Origin: Leucoraja ocellata
Taxonomy: Eukaryota
Reading direction: 5' to 3'
DNA length: 64,000 nt
Assembly: GCA_036785375.1 (NCBI GenBank)
Contig: JAWMAR010001283.1
Span: 1-64,000 of the forward strand
Shown here: in pieces, positions 12,454 to 24,879 of the stretch
Layout of the letters: each line of letters starts with the position of its first letter
Numbering within the stretch: position 1 is the stretch's first letter
The notes under the pieces: model-generated
What the model was told of the DNA's origin: nothing
The model's input: only the letters and a program-made list of their open reading frames with translations
Databases searched by the model: none
Program-made: the position numbers and the translations under genes

Positions 12454-13340
12454 ACCAGGGCATCTGAAATGTCCTCATTCTTCAGGGAACGGGGATTCCC
12501 CTCCTCCACCATAGATGAGGCTCGCACCAGGGTCTCATCCATACCCCGCAACATTGCTCTCTCTCCCCATCCCCGCACTCGCAACAAGGGCAGAGTCCAC
12601 CTAGTCCTCACCTTTCACCCCACCAGCCGTCACATACAACAAATAATCCTAAGTCATTTCCGCCACCTCCAACGTGACCCCACCACTCGCCACATCTTCC
12701 CATCTCCCCCAATGTCTGCCTTCCGCAAAGACCGCTCACTCCGCAACTCCCTGGTCAATTCTTCCCTTCCCTCCCGTGCCACCCCCTCCCCGGGCACTTT
12801 CCGTTGCAACCGCAAGAAATGCAACACCTGTCCCTTTACCTCCCCCCTCGACTCCATTCAAGGACCCAAGCAGTCGTTCCAGGTGAGACAGAGGTTCACC
12901 TGTATCTCCTCCAACCTCATCTACTGCATCCGCTGCTCTAGATGTCAGCTGATCTACATCGGTGAGACTAAGCGGAGGTTGGGCGATCGTTTCGGTCCGC
13001 AAGAACCTACCTGACCTCCCGGTGGCTCAGCACTTCAACTCCCCTTCCCATTCCCGATCCGACCTCTCTGTCCTGGGTCTCCTCCATTGCCAGAGTGAGC
13101 AACACCGGAAATTGAAGGAACAGCACCTCATATTCCGCTTGGGGAGCCTGCATCCGAAGGGCATGAACATTGAATTCTCCCAATTTTGCTAGCCCTTGCT
13201 GTCTCCTCCCCTTCCTTAGCCCTCGAGCTGTCTCCTCCCTATCAGTCTGAAGAAGGGTTTTGGCCCGAAACGTTACCTATTTCCTTCGCTCCATAGATGC
13301 TGCTGCACCCGCTGAGTTTCTCCAGCATTTTTGTGTACCT
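12454..13340 (+). mobile_element. 5'-truncated Penelope-like retroelement (Cys-rich linker, GIY-YIG endonuclease, terminal repeat)
   Basis: ORF: CNRKKCNTC...NLIYCIRCSRCQLIYIGETKRRLGDRF; after a frameshift, PVAQHFNSPSH...EQHLIFRLGSLHPKGMNIEF. These are typical PLE (Neptune-type) GIY-YIG features. Confidence 0.9.
13245..13276 (+). ncRNA. Minimal type-I hammerhead ribozyme-like motif in the PLE terminal repeat
   Basis: gt-CTGAAGA-a-GGGT tttg GCCC-GAAA-cg-TT-ac: CUGANGA box, 4-bp stem II, GAAA box, palindromic ACGU in place of stem III, UH site. Activity is untested. Confidence 0.6.
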
Positions 13341-13972
13341 AGCATTTTGTAAATGGTGAGAGTTTATTAAATGTGGCTGTACTGAGGGATTTTGGTATGT
13401 TGATACTTGGAAACATACTGCGGTGTGTGGAGATGGCAAAATAAGTTGTAAGTCAGATGGTACGTTGGTCTTTGTTGCAAGGAAATTGGTGTTTAGGCGT
13501 AAGGAAGTTTTGCTGCAAGTCAACATTGGTGTTGGCCTCCTTATGTTGGTGGCAGTGCCAAATGGATTTACCAGTCTGCTTCCTGAGCCGAGGAGAAACT
13601 GAGAAGAAAGACCTGACATGGATAGGACGTTAGACGAATGAGAGGTGGATCCCGCTGAAACTCACAAGATTCACAGGCGGCTGGAAATAGTTGGAAGCAA
13701 AGGTCCAATCTTGGAGTGGATTGGGGAGAGAAGTCCAAGATAGTCCAGCAAAAAGATCAGCAATTTACAACTAAGATGGGGAATGTCTTCTGTTGGATGT
13801 GAATCTTACGCTGTGGGTGCCCCATCATAGAGGACATCAAAGGTGTGGTGATAAACCCTTTGGCACAAGGAATTGAAGGAAGCGTGCACGGGGTGAGGGA
13901 TGTGCTGCTCCAGTGAATGGTAGCGAGGTGCTGCATAGCCTCTCCCTCTTCTTATGATCTTGTGCTCCTCAG

Positions 13973-14192
13973 TTTGATCGAGTCGCTGAAGTTCTGGCGC
14001 ACGAGGTTCCTGCTGCTGCCGGCCTGCGTCACGGCCACAAAGCGGATCACGGAGGGCGAGAGCCACTGTGACGTTTACGGGGAGAAGCTGCGCTCGGACC
14101 AGGAGGAGTGGCAGCTGCTAGACGGCTTCATTCGATTCGTGGAGGGTTTGAATCGGATTCGGAGAAGGCATCGGTCTGACAGGATTATACGG
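13973..14192 (+). CDS. DEPDC5: DEPDC5 exon ([18 protein letters not shown]...[17 protein letters not shown])
   Basis: ctcag| acceptor, CGG|gtgagg donor; matches DEPDC5. Confidence 0.97.
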
Positions 14193-14614
14193 GTGAGGCT
14201 GTCCCATCGCTCCCTACCCGAGCACCAATAGCTGGCAGCTGCTGACTCAAGCAGCAGAGTTTAGACAATCGATCAGTGGGCTTGATGGCGTCACCTATTC
14301 CTTTTCTCCAGAGATGCTGTCACGAGACCTGCCGAGTTACTCCAGCTTTTTCTGTATATCTTTTGTTTAAACCAGCATCTGAACATCCCGTTTTTATTCC
14401 TCATTTCAGTCCAAACAGCCTCATGTGATGATCCTTTTAACAGATCATCACTTCTCACAGCTTTCAACTCCTCCCGCCTCCTCCCACACATCTCTTCCTC
14501 ACAGCTCCCAACCCCCCCCACCCCCCCCACCACCTCCTCACACAACCACACTGCCCCAGATCTCTTGTGTGAAAATCCTGTAACCGAAAGCATTAAGCAA
14601 CCAGTCCTAGAGTC

Positions 14615-14752
14615 GTCTTCTTCTTGCGTATGGTGTGCACAGCCTAAAGTTGTAGGACAACTTGTTCTATTTGATTTTATTTGATTGTGCATGCCGGGTT
14701 GATTGCATTCGTTGAAACAAGGCGGACCACATGAAGGTTGTAATCTTCCACC
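14615..14752 (-). mobile_element. ~137-bp SINE-like element with (GAA)n tail (second copy at 51705-51841)
   Basis: Two copies share both ends; CCAGTCCTAG is duplicated at 14601-14610 and 14752-14761. Confidence 0.7.
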
Positions 14753-15177
14753 CAGTCCTAGTCATACAGCATGGAAACAGTCCTGTACATCATTTCTCTG
14801 AAAAATGTGACCATTTACCTTGTATATGCCCCCTCATATTTTGATTGGACTATATAATCACCCCTTCAGCCTCCATCGGTCCAGGGGAAACAATCAAAAT
14901 CTATCCAGACTCTCCTGATAACTCAAGCCCTTTGATTTTCTTATCCTAATCAAACTTATTGAATTCCCAGCACTTAATGGTTTTGTCTGCACAGATTCAG
15001 AATTGCCAGCAAGCAAATAGCAAACCTGGGCTATGCCTTTCACCCGTGTTTTTTGTTTTTTTGTTGAGACTGATTCTCACCCAGTTTTACCCGACCTCTT
15101 GTTCGCTGTAACTGGAGCTTTCCCGACAAAGACTCTACACGATGTTCAATTAACACAGATGTTCCTCTCCATTTCAG

Positions 15178-15311
15178 AAGGCAGCCCCTATTAAAGGCCT
15201 GCAGGTGACAGGCTCCCTATCGAGCTATCCCACTGAACCAGCGGGTCCCCAAGTTGGGAAAAAGGGGACTTCAGTTTTGTCAGCGTTGCTGGAGATGGAG
15301 GCCAACCAAAG
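15178..15311 (+). CDS. DEPDC5: DEPDC5 exon (KAAPIKGLQVTG...VGKKGTSVLSALLEMEANQR)
   Basis: tttcag| acceptor, AG|gtgaga donor; homologous to human KGTAMKGLQMTG...SALLEMEASQK. Confidence 0.93.
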
Positions 15312-15580
15312 GTGAGATGCTGCAACAACTGGTTCTTAGTTACTGAATGGTTTCAGTCAGCAAATGACTTTGGAGTTTAATTTTCCTCCCTCAGTCATAT
15401 CCCATCCATGGAATACCAGTGAAGGAAGGGCTAGAGAGTTTGGAATCCTGTGATGGGTTGGGAGCTGCGGGAAGAGGAGGTGGTCCTATCCCGGGCTCCA
15501 TTCAGTTTCCATTGAGTGTTCAGAGCATCATCAAACTTCATTCATCAGGGGTTATTGGGAGAAGGCAGGAGAATGGGATT

Positions 15581-16035
15581 GAAACATAGAAACATAGAAA
15601 TTAGGTGCAGGAGTAGGCCATTCAGCCCTTCGAGCCTGCACCGCCATTCAATATGATCATGGCTGATCATCCAAATCAATATCCCATACCTGCCTTCTCT
15701 CCATACCCTCTGATCCCTTTAGCCACAAGGGCCACATCTAACTCCCTCTTAAATCCAGCCAATGAACTGGCCTCAACTACCTTCTGTGGCAGAGAATTCC
15801 ACAGATTCACCACTCTCTGTGTAAAAAATGATTTTCTCATCTCGGTCCTAAAAGACTTCCCTCTTATCCTTAAACTGTGACCCCTTGTTCTGGACTTCCC
15901 CAACATCGGGAATAATCTTCCTGCATCTAGCCTGTCCAACCCCTTAAGAATTTTGTAAGTTTCTATAAGATCCCCCCTCAATCTTCTAAATTCTAGCGTG
16001 TACAAGCCGAGTCTATCCAGTCTTCCTTCATATGA
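15581..16035 (-). mobile_element. Young CR1 LINE 3' fragment, near-identical to 3611-4195
   Basis: ORF 15676-16005 (LEFRRLRGDLIETYKILKGLDR...); (TTTCTATG)n tail. Confidence 0.92.
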
Positions 16036-16767
16036 TGGGCTGATGGGCTGATTCTGCTCCTATAACTTATGAACCTCTGTAATTTAGATTGCAATCTGGG
16101 TGATGTTCCACGTACCATAAATAATACACTATGCCATAATAGCTAATTTTCGCATTTAGTTTTATTTGGATTAATTCCAACGTGACTGTTTAAACAAAAA
16201 AAACTAAATTGGTTCCTAGGTTTTCAGCCTAATGTGAGGAACATGTATCCCTGTGGATTTGAGGGACATCAGCGCAAATTCCTATGGATCTGAGGGGCAT
16301 TACTGTAAATCCCCACAGATGATGGGGACAGGCATTTAGATTGATAACGTTTTATGATAAAATGCCAATGCAATTGAAGCTAAAAGCTTGACTTTGCAAT
16401 GTTTGTGCATGTACATTTTTGCTTGTATTGTGACTGACAAGGGAGCAGCTGGATGGAAGGGTGGATGTGCAACTGAGCCTTTCTTTGGAGATTCCTGGCA
16501 GAACTTTGCAATTTGGGGGGGGAAAAAAATCTCTTGTCCCAAAGTAGCACCGTGAGGTATTACATTTAAATGGAGTGCGTAATTCAATTACAATGACTTG
16601 TATAATTAAACTCATTTCATGACTGGAAGGTGAGCATGAAATCCATGTCTTTAGAGATCCTAGTTGTGAGTGGGACTGACCTTGCCCTGGATCGTGTGTC
16701 CCAGCTACGAATTTTGCTTCACGTTGAAATGAAAAAAGGAAACTGATTTCTCTTTGAATTTCTCCAG

Positions 16768-16891
16768 GAGCTTTGAGGAGCACCAGGCAGCGGCACATTC
16801 TGGGAAAGGAACTGCCTTTACCATTGAGAGCACTGCACACTCGGGGACGAATGTTGTGATCACTCCCACACACGTGGACAGCCCGAGGAAG
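16768..16891 (+). CDS. DEPDC5: DEPDC5 exon (SFEEHQAAAHSGKG...ITPTHVDSPRK)
   Basis: tctccag| acceptor, AAG|gtaaaa donor; ends in the conserved DSPRK. Confidence 0.9.
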
Positions 16892-17139
16892 GTAAAAGAA
16901 CTCGGGTGTGTAAATCACACTTGACCTGTTATGATGCCGAAGTGTGTCAGGGTGCACGGGACCTTTGTTTCAGGATCTGTAGAAACCTGGTCATCAAGTG
17001 GACACGACTGGCAGCTCGATGTTCTGGGGTTTCGTTGCTACAGACGCGATCAAGAGGGCGGCAAAAGATGTGGAAGAGTTCATCAGGGAGACTGATTAGT
17101 CACAGCGGCATTCGGAGAGAACATACTGGGAGGTTCGTC

Positions 17140-18920
17140 CACTGAGACGATATGGATGTATCCTAGAAATAAGACCAGTGCAAGCACTCGATGGTATTGT
17201 ACAATAAGCCCCCGAATAGTAAGCTGGAGATAGAGGAACTGATATGAAGACAGATTTCCAAAAGATGCCAAAGCAACAGGGTTGTCTCAGTGGGCGACTT
17301 CAACTTCCCCAATATTAACTGGGATTTGCTCAGTGCCAAAGGCAGAATTTGTGAAGTTTATCCAAGGGGGATACATTTGAGAAGGGAACATACTTGACCA
17401 GTGATGGGAAATGAGCCTGGTGATTGGTGTTTCAGTGGAAGTGTGTTTTGGGGATAATGACCACAACTCCATAAGTTGAACCACATGCAAACTGGAGAGG
17501 AGCACCTCATATTCCACTAGCCACCAACCCAATTGGAATATGATTGCTCGTTGAATTCTCCAATTTTAGGTAACTTCTGCAAATTAACCCTATTCTCTTC
17601 CCCTGCCGCCCACCCCACAAGATTCTCCCTCACCTTACTTTTCCTCCCGCACTCCCTTCCCCTGAACCCTGTCTGACCTTACACTGGTTTCTTACCCCCC
17701 TTACCCTCCCCCCCCCCCCCCCCCCCCCAAATATCCAGGACCTGTTGGGATTTATCCCAGGCTATTGAAAGAGGCAACGGGAGGAGATATCCGGAGCCTT
17801 GATGAAGATCTTTGCATCTTCGCTTGCAACTGGCGAGGTCCTGGAGGACTGGAGAGTAGCTAATGTTGCTCCTTTATTTAAGAAGGGAAGTAGGGAGAAT
17901 CCAGGGAATTATAGGTCGTAAGCCTCACATTCGTGGCACGGAAGTTTTTGGAGAAGATCCTTTGGGCTGGTATTTACTTCCTTTTGGAGGAGAATTAGTT
18001 AATTAGGGCCAGTCAACATTGCTTACTACAAGGCAGGGTGTGTCTCACTAACGATAGAGTTTTTGAGGAGGTGACAAAGGTGATCGATGTGTGTAGGGTA
18101 GGGGATTTTAGTAAGCCATTTGATAAAGAACCCTATGGTAGGCTGATCCAGATGATTACAATGAACAAGGTTAATAATGACTTGGTCGTATAGATTTGGA
18201 ACTGGCATACTGATAGAAGACAGAGGATGCTGGTGGACGGACAATATTCAGGTTGGGGGACTGTCACCAGTGGAACTCCGCAGGAATTGTGCCGGGACCT
18301 ATCAGCTGTTTGTGATATGTAAAAATGACTGGGACATAAATGTAGACGGGTTAATTATTATGCTTGCAGATGAAACCAAGATTGCCAGGGTCGCAGATTA
18401 CGATGAAGACTGTCAAAGTTTATAGTGGGATACAGATCAACCACAGAAATGGGCAGAGAAAGAGCAGATGGAGTTTAATCCGAACAATTGCAAGGTGGTT
18501 GTACTTGATCAAATGTGGAGGGGGTATTAATTGCACGGAGAGGTTGGACAGACTTGGATTGTTTTCACTGGAACGCCGGAGGTTGTGAGGAGATCTGATA
18601 CAATTTGAGAGGCTTTGATAGAGTAGAACCTCTTTCTCAGGATGGAATAATCAAATTCTAGAGAGAACAGATTTAAAGTGTGAGGGATAAAGTTTAAAGA
18701 TGATGTGCAGGGCATTTGTTTTACACAGAGGGTGGTGAATGCCTGGAATGCCCTGCCAGGTTTGGTGGTTGAGGCAGATATGTTAGTGGACTTTCAGAGG
18801 CTATTTGCTATATAGCCAAGCAGGGGGTGAAGGGACAGGGACTATAAGCAGGTAGATATAATATGGTCTTGGCATCATGTTTGCCACAGACATCGTGAGT
18901 TGTACTGTTCTATGTTCTAT
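17140..18920 (+). mobile_element. Degraded CR1 LINE (endonuclease end plus RT remnants), interrupted
   Basis: GDFNFPNINW, VLEDWRVANVAPLFKKG...NPGNYR, LADETKI and RLGLFSLERRRL motifs; CR1 tail (tgttctatgttctat). Confidence 0.8.
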
Positions 18921-19798
18921 CTCTCAGTCGTTTGGGAAGGCGACAAGTTGAAGCTGGGGAGATGTGCTACTATTCTAGGGTGGCTTTGTGGCATTCCCCG
19001 TGCAAGAGGCATCTTGCATCAAGATAAAGCCTGGCAGTTTCACCAGTAACTAGTTGAGTTTTTTTTCCAACAGACTTTGCATGAAATAATGGATGAAATT
19101 GGGCTTCATGCAGTTTATGGAAGAGGGTTGTTACTGCACAGCACAGTTACAATGGGGCATTTAGGTTCCACAGTCTTCTGAATTCACCATTTTGCATTTC
19201 CTCTAAGCCTTTTACCGCCAAATCCATGTGTTGGAGGGCAAAATCTTCATTCTAGTTTTGTTGTGACTTATTTAAAATTTGCGTTGGAAATCCAGACGGA
19301 ATTTTGAAGGAGCTGAATACTTCATCTGTTGTGCTGTTGAGCGGGTATCAGTTGGCCACATTTGGACCTGTCTCGGGTGAGGGAGCAAAGCTCTACACAC
19401 CAGGCTCCCTGGTGTTGCAGCCATCTGCTGAAATGTATACTTGCAAACATTGATACACTACCAGAATTATGCACATTAGGTCAACTCTGCAGGTGAAGCT
19501 GTTACCAGAATGTGACCTGATTATTAAAAAAAAGTATGTATTTTACTTGTGTTCTTCATGATCCTTTTAAGTATACTTATTAATGTTTTAATAAAGAGGG
19601 TTTTAATTCCTTCAAACACTCATAACATATTTCAATGTTGTCATTGGCCACGTTTAGTTTGACCTGGCACAGTTTGGATTTTGGTTTGCTGGACTTGGAT
19701 TCATTCTCTGGTTAGTTTCAGTACTGAGTTTCACCTTCTCTCTGACTCGGGAGTATAACTGCGTGTTTATATGTGTGTTTATTTTAATACGCACACAG

Positions 19799-19965
19799 GT
19801 CCAAGGGGAGCAGATGTCAACTGGCACTGACCATTCTGATTACAGCCCAGCTTCTGCGTCCACTGCTGCATCTGGAGACAGACTAGGCAACGTGCAGAAC
19901 TCTGCCATGGGTATCACTCAGACTACAGGGGACCAGTCTTTGGCTTCCACCACAGTGGAGGGCAG
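19799..19965 (+). CDS. DEPDC5: DEPDC5 exon (VQGEQMSTGTDHSD...ASTTVEGS), divergent linker
   Basis: acacag| acceptor, AG|gtaaga donor; phases 0 to 2 bridge the flanking exons; positional match to the human VSVDQ... exon. Confidence 0.82.
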
Positions 19966-20644
19966 GTAAGATCATCACTGATCATTGTCACATCGTCATC
20001 CACAGCGCACCCTTGCACAAATATATTCAGTTGTTCCTCTCCTCATGCAAGTTGACACATCATTATTTATTGGGAATAATCTTCAATCTTGTTGCATTAC
20101 CATGTTGCCGCTATGCTGTGCTGGCCCTGAGGCATCATGTGAATACTGAATTAATTCAAGTTTGCTTTAAACCAATAATCTCTAGGAAGTAAAGGCAGTG
20201 TTATTTCTGAAGCTGTGTTTACAAACTAGTTGAGAATTGCTATCATGTAGGAAAGTCCCTTTTTTCTTGTGGATCTGTATATAAATTATTTTGACAATAC
20301 ATGGGTTTTTAACCATAATAAACCTAATCTGGTAAAGCGTAACGTTTGTTCCAAGCCTTGCAATATGTGCTTTGATTCTCATCTGGATTATCACTTAGTG
20401 AATTTGACAGCAGCAAAGATTAGAACTTTTCATTTATTGTATGGAAAGAAAAGATATTTGCTGCATTCTTTTTAGCGTAGATACTGAAGCGGCCAAAAGG
20501 TTGAGCCTTTGATTAAAGCCTAGTTCTGATACCATGGTATCATATTTCAATGACACCTTATTGTCATATGTACCTAGGTACTAAGAAATGCTTTGATGAA
20601 CTCTGAAACTTGCAACCGCGGGAGAAGATAGTTTAAACCAGAGA

Positions 20645-20950
20645 GGGACACAAAATGCTGGAGTAACTCAGTGGGTCAGGCAGCATCTCTGGAGAAGAGG
20701 AAGAGGTGATGTTTCAGGTCAAGGCCCTTCTTCAGACTGAGAGTCGGGGGGAAAGGAAGCGAGAGAAATAGACAGTACACAGAACAAATGAATGAAAGAT
20801 ATGTAAAAAGCAACGATGATCAAATGTCCACCTTACTCTGCTTTAAAAATATTCTGAATCTGAGACTGAAGAAGGGATCCGACCTGAAACATCTTCTGTT
20901 CATTTCCCTCCAGAGATGGTGCCTTACCCGCTAAGTTCCTCCAGCAGTTT
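20645..20950. mobile_element. Inverted pair of PLE terminal-repeat copies
   Basis: Minus copy at 20645-20740 (ctgaagaagggccttgacctgaaacatc) and plus copy at 20865-20950 (ctgaagaagggatccgacctgaaacatc). Confidence 0.7.
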
Positions 20951-21269
20951 TTTTTTCAAAGACTCTGCTTCTGTCTTCCTTTGAGAAATAGAGTAATGAA
21001 GACTTGTGAGAAAAGTTGGGGAGTAACCCAGCCAGTCAAGCGGCATCTCTAGGGGACATGGACAGGCCACGTTTCGAGTCAGGAGACTTCTTCAGACTCT
21101 TCGCCTATCCATGTTCTCTGGAAATCCACCTGACGCCCATAATGTCATTCTCTGTTGACACCTGTCATCCCGTGACCATGTGTGTTTCCTCTGGTTTCAT
21201 ATCATATACTAAAGACCTACAGGTTAGTACGAACTAAATTTCCCTCATGCTAGATGATAGAGCTGACAT

Positions 21270-22340
21270 ATCTATGAGTTTGCAAATGACACCACTGTGA
21301 TGGGCCAGGTCATGAATCAGTACAGGAAGGAAGTAGAGAAGTTAGTAACATGGTGCCAGAACAACAACCACTCCCTTATTATCAGCAAGACGGAGGAGCT
21401 AGTTATTGATCTCAGGAGGGTGGTAGAGTACATGAATCAATGCATTAATGAGCATCAATTGCACCTAACTAGGAATGGTTTTGATCTTAAAGCTAACGTT
21501 ACCAATGATCTGTCAAGCAGAGACGGAAACCGCTTTCAAAACATGGAGAGGACCGAGGGTCAGGGGGGACACAATTTCTAGGCGGCCGCGCGCGCATGTG
21601 CACACACACGCACACACACACACGCTAGGCATCGGAAGCATCAGCCGTGTGCCCTGAATTAGATTTAAAGCTTGTAACGTGAGGAGGACCGTCCCCCACC
21701 TCTGAAAACATGGAGGGGACATGTCCTGAAACCCTGGCCCCCCCGGGTTTTCCGCCAATGCTGTCAAGGACCAACCAAACTGAAGTGACAACCAAGAAGG
21801 CACAACAACACCTCTACTTTGCCTCGATAGGCGACTGAGGAAATTCAGCATCTCCAATGACTCTCACAAACATCTACAGATACACCATATAAAGCATACT
21901 GTCGGATTGCATTGCAACTTGGCTTGAGACTATTAAGAAATTGCAGAGACTTGTACATGTAGCCCTGTCCATCACACAGACCAGACTCACACCATTGACT
22001 CAATCTATGCTTCACGCTGCCTCGGAGAAGCAACCAACATAATCAAAGACTTGTCCCATCCTGGCCATTCCTTCCTCCTAATCCCATCACGCTGAAAGTA
22101 TGAAAGCTTGAAAGCACGCAGCACCAGACTTGGGAACAGCTTATTCCCCACTGTTATCAGGATTCTGAATAGTCATTTAATAAGCTAGGGTACTGTCCAA
22201 CTCACCTCTAACCCATTGCTGGCATTGGACTTTGCCTATGGTACTGCTGCGCTCCAATGCTGAGAACTATATTCTGCACTCTATCTTCCCCTTTGCACTT
22301 TATCCATTGTACTTGAGTTTGATTTGATTGTAATCAAGTT
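21270..22340 (+). mobile_element. Degraded Rex/L2-type LINE RT 3' fragment, interrupted by a hAT MITE
   Basis: FANDTTVMG...YRKEVEKLVTWCQNN...KTEELVID motif and a typical 3' region. Confidence 0.65.
21518..21760. mobile_element. hAT-family MITE
   Basis: Perfect 8-bp TSD CTGTCAAG (21510-21517 and 21761-21768); imperfect TIRs CAGAGACGGAAACC / CATTGGCGGAAAACC. Confidence 0.8.
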
Positions 22341-23336
22341 TGTAAGTCCAGTCGGCAGAGAAGGAGAGTAGATGCACATGAGGGGAATACAAAGCAACAT
22401 TTGCAGCTGTTTTAATGCAAGGAGTTTAACTCGTAAGGTGAATGATCTCAAGTGTTTATGTGGGACTATGACATTGGTTTCATCACTGAGACATGGTTGA
22501 AGGACGGGCAGGTCTGGCAACTCAGTATCCAGGGTATATCATTTTCAGGTTAGACGTAGAGGAGTAAAGGAGGACATGGCTTTACACTGCTAGTCAAGGA
22601 ATGCATTACTTCGGTATTGAAGAAGGATATCCGAGATGGTTCATCAAATGAGACCATATGGTTAGCGATTAGGAACAAAGAGGGCGTTGTCATTTTACTT
22701 GGGGGTGTATAATAGGTATCAATGGTACTTTAATCAATGGTACTTACAATCAATTGTAATTATTATATGTAGGCAAATAACAGGGAGATGTGATATATTT
22801 AGGGTAATTGTATGTACTGGTGAATTTCAAATTCCCAACTTTACAGGGTGATGGAACTTGCTAACTCGAGCAAAGGTCTTGTTAGGGTCTTTTAAAAATG
22901 TATGAAAGAGGGAATAAGGTGGATGGAGTGGAAGGATGTTTCTTTGGAGTATGCTTATTAAAGGCAGGAACGGGGTACTGATTGTGGATGATCACCCATG
23001 ATCACAGTGAATGGCAGTGCTGGCTCAAAGGGCCGAATGGCCTACTCCACCTATTGTCTATAAACCAGGACCCCCCTCTCCAAAAGACATCAGGCTGGAG
23101 AGGTGACAGATGCCCTTCCATCATAAGCCACTTTACACTTTGTTTATATAATAATAATAATAATTTTATTTATAGAGCACTTTAAAAACAAACATAGTTG
23201 CAACAAAGTGCTGTACATCACTAATCATTGACAAAAAAGTTAATACACACCAAAAATAACAATCAAAAGAAATAGTATGACTAAGTTCTGTGTACTACAT
23301 GTAAAATATGAAGTATGTTTTATTACATTGCTGTAG

Positions 23337-23417
23337 CCAGCTGGCCTCTGGGATTGCAAGTGCACTGACTTCCGCATCATCTCTGGCAGAGATACTGGAA
23401 ACAATGAAGCACCCCAC
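23337..23417 (+). CDS. DEPDC5: DEPDC5 exon (QLASGIASALTSASSLAEILETMKHPT), start of DEP domain
   Basis: tgtag| acceptor, |gtgagt donor; homologous to human LTEILEAMKHPS. Confidence 0.93.
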
Positions 23418-24035
23418 GTGAGTACCAAATCTCCAACTGTGTGCATGTGAGGACAGGACTTCTACCCAGCAACGTTGTCTGTTAAATTCCATACCAGTAG
23501 CTTGCAGGACATACATTTAAAGTTTGTGAACCAAGGGTATGCAGGATAAACAGGAATGAAATAAGTACTGTGCCACTGTTTGGACAGACTGTTGGAAAAT
23601 GAATTGTGTAGCATAACATTTTTTTCATTTGTATAGAAATGTACGTAGTTGCCATTTCACTGTCTACCATGTTGTGGGAAGTGCAGACTTGGGTCACTTG
23701 TGATGCTCTGGGATTTGACATTTTCCGAGCACTGTGCTCACAAGCTGGGATTCACATTGCTTGGAAAGAGGGCAAAGATGACAGAGTAAATTCTCTTGAA
23801 GGGAATTGTTTACAGTGCAACAGATCCATAAAAGGGCAAATTTATTCAGGACTAGGCTGAGGCAAGTGAAAAGTGACCAGAAGTGGGATCATGTGAAGGT
23901 GGTATTTGGAATTGTGCCTGGGATTGGACCAGTAGTCAGTGAGATTGATGCAAACTGACCATAGAGGTACATTTATCAATGTTTTATGAACCTGTGGGAA
24001 TGAATTCTTAGTTTATTTTTGCTCTTTACTCCCAG

Positions 24036-24168
24036 AACTGGTATTCAACTGCTTCCCGAACAGAGGGGGTTGCACCCTAACTGCTTCATCAGTGCAGAGG
24101 TGGTCCACTGGCTGATCAGCAATGTTGAAGGGGTTCAGACACAGGCCATGGCCATTGACATCATGCAG
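24036..24168 (+). CDS. DEPDC5: DEPDC5 exon ([26 protein letters not shown]...AMAIDIMQ), DEP domain
   Basis: cccag| acceptor, CAG|gtacag donor; matches the DEP domain. Confidence 0.96.
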
Positions 24169-24879
24169 GTACAGTGAGCATATACATGGCACCTCTGTCC
24201 CACCACTCCCAGCACTGCTGCCCTGCTGGAGGGTTACTGCGAGCCCTGCTTTCTGTCGACCCAGCTATGCTGACTTATGGCCCTACAATTGCCCCCATCA
24301 ACACGCAGCCGTGCTGACATTTCTCCACACTGAGAAGGGAGAAACCAGGCAAGGTCCCAGTCTGCAATCACTCTTCACGTGGACATCAGACATCACGTAA
24401 CCACACCCTCGATCAATTGTTTTTACCTCAGTCTCCTTCTCTCAACTCCTCGGCTCCAGGGAAAATAGACCTAGACTCTCCAATCTCTTCTCGTAATTGA
24501 AACACTTCATCTCTGGCAACATCCTGATGAATCCCCTCCACCCTCTCCAGTACAACCACATCCATCCTATAATGTGGTGACTAGAACTGCATGCAGTACT
24601 CTAGCTGAGTCTGACCATTTTTAAAAATAAACTTGGTGTGTAACCAACCTGCTCAGGTATTCCAGGCCCTGACGTGAAGGCCGGCATCGCATACACCTTC
24701 TTAACCATGTTATCTACTTGCATTGTCACATCTTCCCAAAGGCACTTTTACACCTTCAACCCACTAATTTTATTTTTCCTTTTGAAATCACCTTAGTTTT
24801 TAAGATGCCTTTTTCCCAAGGTTTATCTTGACTAAAGTGTTTTGGATCGTCTCACTGCTTACCTCCTCACCTTCCCACA

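Noticed and set aside
17700-17730. Long poly-C/poly-G runs (also at 25149, 43936 and 54381)
   Set aside because: Simple homopolymers, mostly in repeat-derived or low-complexity sequence, and their lengths are unreliable in assemblies.
19074-19170. Acceptor-like ttttttccaacag as a possible DEPDC5 cassette exon
   Set aside because: The translation does not resemble the mammalian cassette exon and there is no convincing donor.
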